From: Octopus vulgaris
Lineage: Eukaryota
Assembly (NCBI GenBank): GCA_951406725.2
Contig: OX597830.1
Span: forward strand, 69,626,001 to 69,690,000
Direction: 5' to 3'
Length of the DNA stretch: 64,000 bases
Numbering within the stretch: the stretch's first letter is position 1; each line of letters begins with the position of its first letter. A program made the translations under genes and the position numbers. The notes below the pieces were generated by a model. That model was not told where the DNA came from. It did not search any database and saw nothing but the letters and a program-made list of their open reading frames with translations. This document shows, piece after piece, positions 1 through 64,000 of this stretch.

Positions 1-380
1 GTGCTTCTTTCACTTTCCGTCTACCAAATCCACTCACAAGGCTTTGGTCGGCCCAAGGCTATAGTAGAAGACGCTTGCCCAAGGTTCCATGCAATGGGAA
101 TGAACCCGGAACCATGTGGTTGGTAAGTAAGCTACTTACCACACAGCCACTCCTGCACCTACTATTGAAGGAAGTGAAAGTATGTTCAAGGGATATGAAC
201 AGGTGTCTTGCTAAGGAAGAGAATATGGGGCTTCCCTATTTGGAAAGAGAGAAAGTGGGATATGGTGACAGTACTTTTGTGGTACAAAGTGAATATAAGA
301 GGAAATAGAAAAACAGGAAGGATGACTGATTTATTTGTGATGATAATGCACACACCAACACATCTTGCATCTTTTTTTTT

Positions 381-610
381 ATTTCTTTATTGCCCACAAG
401 GGGCTAAACATAGAGGGGACAAACAAGGACAGACAAAGGGATTAAGTCGATTACATCTACCCCAGTGCATAACTGGTACTTAATTTATCGACCCCGAAAG
501 GATGAAAGATAAAGTCGACCTCAGTGGAATTTGAACTCAGAACGTAACAGCAGGCGAAATACTGCTAAGCATTTCGCCCGGCATGCTAACGTTTCTGTCA
601 GCTCGCTGCC
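381..610 (-). mobile_element. SINE family B with tail type 1 (...GTCCCCTCTATGTTTAGCCCCTTGTGGGCAATAAAGAAA)
   Basis: Pol III-like head (GAGCTGGCAGAA...GAGTTCAAATTCC) and central block GTCGACTTTGCCTTTCATCCTTTCGGGGTCGATAAA. Same tail at 1691-1910 and 51854-52085. Confidence 0.85.
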
Positions 611-1930
611 ATCTTTTTCTTGTTTCAGTTACTGGGGTGTGGCCATACTGGGGCACCACCTTGACAGGTTTAGTCGAACAAAACTACTTATTCTTTATTA
701 AGCCTAATAACTCTGCTATTGGTCTCTTTTGCCAAACTACTAAATTACTGGATGTAAACAAACCAACATTGGTTTTTGAGCAGTGGTGGGACATGCATGC
801 ACACAAACATAAACAATAGGCTTTTTTCAGTTTCCATCTGCCAAATCCACTCGCAAATCTCTGATCAACCCACAACTTGTGGAAGATACTTGCCTAGAAT
901 CATGCGGTTGAAAAGCAAACTTCTTTCTAGCTAGACAGATTCTATACATTTGAAATTCATATAAAAATGCTCTTGCCTATAGTTTCTTCCATCTAACCTA
1001 ATACTCTACTTTTCAACACAACAATTAAAATAGCTTAAATAGATGTTAGCAGTTCCAGGTCTTATCAAGAAATATTTCATACCCTGACGTTTGAGGTTGT
1101 TTACTGGTGCCTGTGTCTACTTGAATAATGATAAGCAGCTTGTTAGATAGCTTGTTTATCTCAAGTACCTGCTGTTCTCCCGTGACAGCTTCATAAGGTT
1201 GTCTATTCTCCAATTGTCTTCAACTAGCTTCTTTACATGGTAGTAGACAGGTCAGTACAAGAATAATTTTGTTATATATTCTACTTTATATTTGTGTTTC
1301 TGTATTGGCAGATGATACAAAATAGAACTGGAGACAAATTGTAAATTTTATACAATGCAGAGGATATTGCTAAAAATCTTGATAGTATCCGGGTAGTGAA
1401 ACCAGTAACTAGATTAATTCAGTTGGCAGTGTGGACATCTTTAGACAAAGTCTGTAGATTGATATAGTGGTTAACATTAATCATGATAATAATAATGATT
1501 TGAAATTTTAGTTTAAGGCCAGCAATTTCAGTAGAAGGAGTAAATTGGTTACATCAACCCCAGTACTCAGCTGATATTTTATATTAACCCCAAAAGGATG
1601 AATGGTGGAGCTGACCTTGACAGAATTTGAACTCAGAATGTGAAGACAGGCAGATTGCCACTAAGCATTGTGCCCAGTGTGCTAATGAGTTATTTCTTTA
1701 TTGCCCACAAGGGGCTAAACATAGAGGAGACAGACAAAGGGATTAAATCGATTACATCGACCTCAGTGCGTAACTGGTATTTAATTTATTGACCCCGAAA
1801 GGATGAAAGGCAAAGTCAACCTCGGCGGAATTTGAACTCAGAACATAACGGCAGACAAAATACCACTAAGCATTTTGCCTGGCGTGCTAACGATTCTGCC
1901 AGCTCACTGCTCTAATTATGATCATCATAA

Positions 1931-2295
1931 CCAGAGCATTCGGAGAACGCAAACCTCTGCCAAGGCAACACCAGCATCCTCTCAATGATTAGCAAGAGAT
2001 GATTTTTTTAAATGAGAATATCTGAAATAAACTCAACCGCTCTCACAAAAGAGAACACTAAAAATGAATCTGACTGCTCTCAAATATTAAGGAAACAGGA
2101 AAAAATAATCCAGAATCCTTGTCCAGTTCTGGATCAATCCCCAAATTTAATCAATGTGTGCCAGTCATGAGGCCAAACATCCCTGAAAGTTTCATCTGAA
2201 TCCATCCAGCAGTTCTTGAGACATCTTGTCCATGGACAGACAAACAAACATGACTGAAAACAATACCTCAGCCTTCGCTAAGGTGGAGGTAATAA
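1931..2295 (-). mobile_element. Non-autonomous Helentron-associated (HINE/DINE-like) element
   Basis: Minus strand starts TTATTACCTCCACC and ends GGCAGAGGT (subterminal inverted repeat) plus stem-loop GCGTTCTCCGAATGC, in a TT context; GTCTGT-type internal repeat. Confidence 0.7.
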
Positions 2296-2574
2296 TCCTT
2301 TCTACTATAGGCACAAGGCCTGAAATTTTGTGGGAGGGGACACAGAATGTAAAGATGGACAAAATTTCACTAAGCATTTTGCCCGGCATGCTAATAATTC
2401 TGCCAGCTCACTGCTCTAATGATTATAATAATAAATCTTTGTGCTTTAAAGCACAAAGCCTGAAATTTTTGGAGAGGGAGCTAGTTTATTACATCAACCC
2501 CAGTACTCTACTGCTATTTATTTCATTGATAAGGCAAAGTTGATCTCAGTGAAATTTGAACTCGAAACATATCG

Positions 2575-2862
2575 GCCAAGCATTTACACGCTGCTGAGGA
2601 GAGCACAAGTCAGGTGGTTAGGCCACTTTGATCGAATGCCTGACACACAATTCCATAAGAGATTGTTTTATGGCGAACTGGCAGAATGCAAGCACAAGCA
2701 AAGTGGACAGAAAAGACACTTCGAAGAGAGTCACTCAAGGCTTCAGAGAAGAGCTTTGAGATCAACCCGATGCCTGGGAAATGTAAGTATATGACTGTCT
2801 TGCCTGACCACCTCCTAGAATCAGAATAAGTTTTGCAGGAGCACAAACAAAATGTGAACAAT
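2575..2862 (+). mobile_element. RTE-clade LINE fragment (C-terminal to RT), decayed
   Basis: PSIYTLLRRAQVRWLGHFDRMPDTQFHKRLFYGEL...GQKRHF motif typical of RTE/BovB ORF2. Confidence 0.8.
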
Positions 2863-3237
2863 ACAAACAATAACTCTGAGCACCTTTTCAAACTCCACCC
2901 GTCTAACACCCGTGGACATATTTACAAAGTCAGAAAACAGCACAGCTCCCATGACTTTCGGAAACATTTTTTTTTATGCTAAGAGTTGCTGAAGCATGGA
3001 ACAAACTGCCGGCATCAGTTGTTAGTTGTCGGAGCACTGCATCCTTCAAAACTTCCTGAGATTCGCCAACACTACACCTGATTTTCTCCCTCCATACACA
3101 CACAAGCATGTATCTGACTCATACACTGTTCACTTGCCAGACATTTGTACATTACTGCATATGCTTTATACGCACTTTTGACAAGTTGTGGTGCACCTGA
3201 GCACTATATACAATAATTTCATTATTATTATTATAAT
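2863..3237 (+). mobile_element. CR1-clade LINE 3' end
   Basis: NTRGH..KVRKQHS...RVAEAWNKLP, 3'UTR and (ATT)n tail; near-identical to the other CR1 copies in the window. Confidence 0.85.
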
Positions 3238-3440
3238 AGAGAGACAATGCCATTGAGCAATTTGTCCAGCATGGTAACGATTCAGCCAGCTCACCACCTT
3301 ATTAATACTAATAATGTTTTTATTAACCACTAAGGGTTCACAAAAGTCATTGGAGATGTTACAGGACAATATAATGTGGGGTTACGTATGAACATGTAAT
3401 AAGTAAAAATCGGTAACAATATAAAATAATGAATATTTCA

Positions 3441-3803
3441 GGCGTAGGAGTGGCTGTGTGGTAAGTAGCTTGCTTACGAACCACATGGTTCCGGGTTCAG
3501 TCCCACTGCATGGCACTTTGGGCAAGTGTCTTCTACTAAAGCCTTGTGAGTGGATTTGGTAGACGGAAACTGAAAGAAGCCCGTTGTATATATGTATGTT
3601 TTTGTGTCTGTGTTTGTACCCCCAACATTGCTTAACAACCAATGCTGGTGTGTTTACATCCCCGTAACTTAGTGGGTCGGTAAAAGAGACTGATAGAATA
3701 AGTACTAGGCTTGCAAAGAATAAGTCCTGGGGTCGATTTGCTTGACTAAAGGCGGTGCTCCAGCATAGCCACAGTCAAAATGACTGAAACAAGTAAAAGA
3801 GTA
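3441..3803 (+). mobile_element. tRNA-derived SINE family A, near full-length reference copy
   Basis: Head GGCGTAGGAGTGGCTGTGTGGTAAG...GGTTCAGTCCC (A/B-box-like), internal microsatellite, tail TGACTGAAACAAGTAAAAGAG. Other copies at about 1-160(-), 614-925(-), 3997-4382(-), 5438-5838(-), 9020-9300(-), 12797-13188(-), 13233-13395(+), 19288-19675(-), 26788-27140(-), 36790-37158(+), 58705-58990(-). Confidence 0.85.
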
Positions 3804-4817
3804 ATTCCCCAAGTGTGAGACTTCCCAGGGCTGCCAGTGAGGACCCCACAAAACCATGGTTGCCCTGACCATTAGGGCAAGTGCACCCTCCACTTTCCTC
3901 TTTCAACCTATAGGTGCCTGCTTAGAGAAGGCCTGTTTAATGGTTTCCAGTTTTAGTGAGAGGAGATTAGTCAATCGCATCAATCCCAAAGCTCGACTCT
4001 CTTTTACTTGTTTCAGTCATTTGACTGGCCAGGCTGGAGCACCGCATTTAGTCAAGCAAATCAACCCCCAGGACTTATTCTTTGTAAGCCTAGTACTTAT
4101 TCTATCAGTCTCTCTTGCTGAACCACTAAGTAACGGGGACGTAAACACACCAGCATTGGTTGTCAAGTTATGTTGTGGGGACAAACACAGACGCACAAAC
4201 ATATATATACATATATACGACGGGCTTATTTCAGTTTCCATCTACCAAATCCACTCACAAGGCTTTGGGCAGCCCAAAGCTATAGTTGAAGACACTTGTC
4301 CAAAGTGCCACATAGCGGGACTGAACTCGGAACCATGTGGTTGGTAAGCAAGCTACTTAGCACACAGCCACTCCTGCGCCTATGGTACTGGTACTTTATT
4401 TTATCAATCCCTAAAGGATAAAAACTAAAATGACCTTGGCATGATACGAACTCTTCCCACAGATAAAAATAAATGGGTTTGCAGAGAGTCATCACCCTTA
4501 CCTAGAGAAAATCCCAGTTATAGAAGCATTGATTACAATTCAAAACCAACAAAATCTCGGAGAGAATGGCCTCCCCTCCTGAGGGAATGGCTGTGACAGC
4601 CCAGAATGAAGAACAGACAACAAAAATTGTTGATAGAGTGAAGGGTTTTAAGTAAATATGCATGACCAGAGTAGTCCGTCACTTATTCAATAATTCAAAA
4701 AGCAGGTTACTGAGACGATTGACCAATTGTATAGTCAATATTGACACTGTTGAGGTCCATTTTAAATCATTCTATTGACATTCATCATCGTCATCCATTC
4801 TGGTATGGGTTGGAGTG

Positions 4818-4852
<35 letters not shown>

Positions 4853-4856
<4 letters not shown>

Positions 4857-5103
4857 CGGTTGTATACCATCAACTTAACGTGACAGTCCCGTAAAGGGAA
4901 TCACACCACCACTATTTAGCCCTGGGAAGCATCGACGCTTCCTGTTGGCTTTGACACATTTCCTGTGTCCTTATATTTGCGAAGGGGACACAGGAAATGT
5001 GTCAAAGCCGACAGGAAGCGTTGATGCTTCCTAGGGCTAAATAGTGGTGGTGTGATTCCCTTTACGGGACTGTCATGTTATGTTGACAGTATACAACCGC
5101 TCT
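4853..5103. repeat. Foldback palindrome with ~118-bp arms and ~15-nt loop
   Basis: 4853-4970 is the near-exact reverse complement of 4986-5103; sits beside a (TA)n(GA)n microsatellite. Confidence 0.92.
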
Positions 5104-7194
5104 ATCGCTCCACCACCGCTCATTTAATATTTCTGATATATATATATATTTATATATATGAGTGTGTGTGTGTACACATTCATCAGTCACCTGCTGCACT
5201 TACCTGCCATTTGTTAAATGTAATGTTTGCTGCATTTTAATCTATCACACGTCTTTATTTTAAGCACCAGTCATAAATCAGTTAAAATGAAAAGTACTTT
5301 CATAAACATCTGTTGACATTTGGAGGTTGATTTCTTTTTCTTTCCTTTTTAAAATTAATTACAGGTGCAGGTAGGACTCTGTGGTTTGCATAGGGTCATC
5401 ACCCTTACCTAGAGAAAATCTCATTTATAGAAGCATTACTCTTTTACTTGTTTCAGTCATTTGACTGCAGCCATGCTGGAGCACCACCTTTAGTCGAGCA
5501 AATCGACCCCGTGACTTATTCTTTGTAAGCCCAGTACTTATTCTATCGGTCTCTTGCCGAACCGCTAATTGACGGGGACGTAAACACACCAGCATCGGTT
5601 GTCAAGCAATGCTAGAGGGACAAACACAGACAAACACATACACACACATATATATATATATATACATATATACGACAGGCTTCTTTCAGTTTCCGTCTAC
5701 CAAATCCACTCACAAGGCATTGGTCGGCCCGGGGCTATAGCAGAAGACACTTGCCCAAGATGCCATGCAGTGGGACTGAACCCGGAACCATGTGGTTGGT
5801 TAGCAAGCTACTTACCACACAGCCACTCCTGCGCCTATGATGACAATTGATGACAATTCAAAACCAACAAGATCTCAGATAGAATGGCCTCCCCTCCTGA
5901 GGGAATGGCTGTGACAGCCCAGAATGAAGAACAGTTTAATGCTTCAACAAATATGTTTTAGCAAAATTTTTCTACCCAGCACCACTCAAAAAAAAAAACA
6001 AAAAAAAAAACGAAACAAATTAATTTTGCATGTAAATACAAAATCAAAATCAAATCTGATGACTGACATCCATGCCAGAGGGGTACAAAGAACACCATAC
6101 GAGTGTGATCGTTGACAGAACGGCCAACCGGCTTCCGTACCAGTGGTACATAAAAGGCATCATTTGAGTGTGATCGTTACCAGCGTCGCCTTACTGGCAC
6201 TTGTGCCCATGCTAGCAGGGTGCCAAGAGCATGATCGTTGCCAGAACAGCCAACTAGCTTCCGTGCCGGTGGCATGTAAAAGGGCACCATTCGAGCATGA
6301 TCGTTACCAATGTTGCCTTACTGGCACCCATGCTAGTGGCATGTGTAAAAAGATTCGAGTGAGGTCATTGCCAGTTCCGCCTGACTGGCCCCCATGCCGG
6401 TGGCACGTAAAAAGCACCCACTACACTCTCGGAGTGGTTGGCATTAGGAAGGGCATCCAGCTGTAGAAACTCTACAAGATCAAGATTGGAGCCTGGTGCA
6501 GCCATCTGGTTCGCCAGCTCTCAGTCAAAATCGTCCAACCTATGCTAGCATGGAAAGCGGACGTTAAAGGATGATGATGATGATACAAATTGGACATCCT
6601 TCAGTGAAGAAATTGAGTATTCAATTCTTTTGGTGGATTTCAAGAATTTCGAGGAATTTTTTGAGCAATGAAATAGAACAAGTGCAGTTAGTTTATGTCT
6701 AGATAAATTTGGAAATCAGTCTCCACACAATCACCATAGGTTTTCTAACTAGTCCAGGACTAATCAGGTGATTGAAAACCAGGTTATACCATCCCTAAAA
6801 TGCACTAGAAGGGAAAGATAAAATGTTCATGTTGTTTTGGTTATGAATGTTTCACATATGTCATGTGACTCAACCCGATGATCACATGGTCAATACTATT
6901 AAACATGGATAGATGCTGGCATGGGTGTGTGATAAGATGTTTGCAACCCAACCATATTCCCATGGATCCAGTCCCATTACGTGGCACCTTGGTGCAAGGG
7001 TCTTCTACTATAGACCCAGCTGAGCAAAGCCTTGTGAGTGGATTTGGTAAACAGAAACTGAAAGAAGTCTGTCATATATCTTTTGCTTGTTTCAGTCATT
7101 AGACTGCAGTTGTGCTGGGGCACCACCTCGGAGAATTTTAGTTGAATGAATCAACCCCTGTACTTATTCCATCAGTTTCTTAAACCACTAAGTT

Positions 7195-7408
7195 TGTTCC
7201 TTCTCGAGCCAATGCTGGTCCATCGCAGGTGAGCTGCAAGATGCAGGAGGAAAGAGTGAAAGTTGTGGCGAAAGAGTCAGCAGAAGTTCGCCATTACCTT
7301 CTGCCGGAGCTGTATGGAGCTTAGGTGTTTTGCTCATAAACATACACATTGCCCGGTCTGAGATTTAAACCTGCGATCCCTCGATTGCGAGTCCGCTACT
7401 CTAACTGA
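7195..7408 (-). mobile_element. SINE family D-related copy with a third tail
   Basis: Shares the tRNA-like head and the CTAAGCTCC...CCACAACTTTC body, then diverges. Confidence 0.7.
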
Positions 7409-8202
7409 AAAGCAAATCTGTGGTACTGAGCAGAATATTTGCTATAATGATATTTCTGCTTCAGCAACGCAGAGCTGAATCTGTTTGAAATGTAATGGAA
7501 AATAGGTCAGTTTCAAAACATTGATGTCTGGTTCACAAAAGCAAAGTTTGAAGGGAATGGTAGTGATTTCCTTTGATTTCTAGATAGAAGCAAATAGGAA
7601 ATAACACTGACAAAAGACAAAACAAAAAACTTGTTACACAGTGTTATCTAATGTGTCCGCTTATATAAAATAATGGTGTGTGATTTGAGGCCACTAAACC
7701 TGCTTTTTCTAGCAGCCTGAACATCCATGTAGGGGCTTCCTGCATGGTTTGTGTAGTGGTTAATAAGTCATAGTATCATTGTTGAAGACTATGTTGTCAT
7801 TGGTTAACAATGAGAAAATATAAAAATGAGACGAGTAGGCACAGCTGTTTGGACACTGGCGATTTGGCATGGCTAACTGGACACTGGACCAGTTTTGTAA
7901 CAGTAATTTTTAGGCACTTGAGATAAATACACATACATGCAGAAATATGCATACCAAGAGACAGACATTACAATTTATCAATTGAACACAACAGACAAAC
8001 ACTTTCCCATGCCTCATACATATCAAAGGAAATATGCTTGAACACACAGAAGAGGGGAGAGAACTGTTAAAATGGCTGATGTCAAATAAGTCCATGTTGA
8101 GCCAGCAATGCCAAATAGGCAGCACCAAAATGGCTATGCCCAAATGTCTCACACACAAGAAAGTACATGATAAAATAACAAACACATTAGAGAGCAATTA
8201 AT

Positions 8203-8208
8203 TTTATT
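8203..8208 (-). promoter_or_regulatory. Candidate COPA polyadenylation signal AATAAA
   Basis: Minus-strand AATAAA about 225 nt past the stop, followed by GT/T-rich sequence (tgtgtttgttatttt). Confidence 0.5.
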
Positions 8209-8432
8209 AACCTATTAATGTATATATAATATATGTTTAAATATATATATGTATATTTTTATAAGCCAAAAAAAAAAAAAGTTGTATTAATAGTACCTGT
8301 TACTTTATATCCATAGTAAAATAGAATGAAAAATGTAGGAATATGGAGATGGTAACAATTCTGTAAACCTGTGCTTTCAATGGAATTATTAGGTCAAAAT
8401 GATCCATGGTTAAAATACTGTTGAAATCCAAA

Positions 8433-63008
<54,576 letters not shown>

Positions 63009-64000
63009 TTATTATAATGGACCTAGCGTACATGTATGTCTAGACCACTGCTTCTCCTACTGTATTACTGTCATGTGAGAATCTGAAAAGCTGCTAATCT
63101 ATCTTGCTTGATGATGCTTGTAGTTAATTAATTGAAGTTACCATAACATTTACTCTGGATATGGCAACCTTTTTCAAGAACCAAGCCACATGAGAGACAG
63201 CTCGTCAGCAGGCGGACTACAGTACTATAAAACTTCAAGATAATTTTTTTTCGTTAGGCGTGCTATTCAGAAAATCCTATGGGCCACAGATTGCCCATGA
63301 TTGATATATACCATCATGATTTCCTACTCCACACTCAAATCTCAAGCTTCCAGGTTCTTTCTTTCCTACAAATGGAGGCTCATTTTAGAATTCAAAATCC
63401 TATTACTTGTATTTGATGGCATATACGACGTTTTTTCCTCTCCAAATAAAAAAAAAAACACAGAAAATTCACCCTGGGTCCAATATGCGAAGTTAAGCCT
63501 CACATAAGCTTTAATGTACTAAAAACTTTTTTCATGAATATGCACTGCTGAAACCAGAGTGACTTAATAAGTCTGTGAATCTTTTAAGCTAACAAATACA
63601 GAAAGGTCTTCAATTAATTTCAGCTTAAATTAGTTGTAATTAGCATTTGATAATTACATTACTAGAGAGAAAGAAATTGATTGTTGTCAATAGCATTAGG
63701 TTCTTAACTTTTCCCTTGATGGCTCCATCCAAGTTACATTGGTTACAACAGCACAGACAGAATGGAGAGCAGGAGGTCAAACAAGATGTACAAAAAGGTT
63801 AGATAAATAAGTGTCTGGCCTTGACTGGCTCGAGCCATTTGTAGTAAAGGGAGGTAAACAAGAAATACAAAAATTGAGTCGTAGCAAGAAAATGTAAGGT
63901 TAATAAGGTATTCAACTACAGGTAATGTGAATAAACTTGAAGTTAGTTGAGGAACCGAAAAGGTGCAATAATTAAAATACCTTATTTCGGGGTTGTGGGA

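Noticed and set aside
1040-1470. Unique-looking stretch with GT...AG signals, a possible neighbouring gene
   Set aside because: The frames I translated are short or interrupted and give no recognisable protein, so a gene call is unsupported.
4476-4616. Possible H/ACA or C/D snoRNA in the duplicated element
   Set aside because: ANANNA and ACA motifs are present but I could not form the two-hairpin fold, and the GTGATGA box lies at the wrong end with no matching D box.

Overview
Eukaryotic, AT-rich, repeat-dense animal DNA. The SINE, LINE, Helitron and MITE families resemble those of Octopus (inference). The window holds almost all of one gene, coatomer subunit alpha (COPA), on the minus strand. 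I traced 31 coding exons by hand from 62980 to the TAG stop at 8433-8435. All have GT-AG borders and consistent phases, totalling 3632 nt. The first coding exon (about 40 nt, expected to encode MLTKFETKSARVK-G) is not in the window and presumably lies beyond 64000. The rest is intron or 3' flank filled with several tRNA-derived SINE families, a (GAT)n-tailed SINE with ~60-bp internal units, 3' fragments of RTE, CR1 and L1/Tx1-like LINEs, non-autonomous Helitrons and a Helentron, TTAA and TA MITEs, foldback elements and microsatellites. I found no prokaryote-type system. The most interesting points are: (1) an L1/Tx1-like LINE remnant whose 3' end matches the tail of one SINE subfamily; (2) SINEs and Helitrons with swapped ends; (3) several kb of unexplained, decayed, protein-like + strand sequence in the 12.6-kb intron; (4) conservation of the Ile164 codon that is A-to-I recoded in mammalian COPA; (5) inverted repeats bracketing frame-preserving exon blocks. 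Repeat boundaries are approximate unless a TSD or terminus is quoted.
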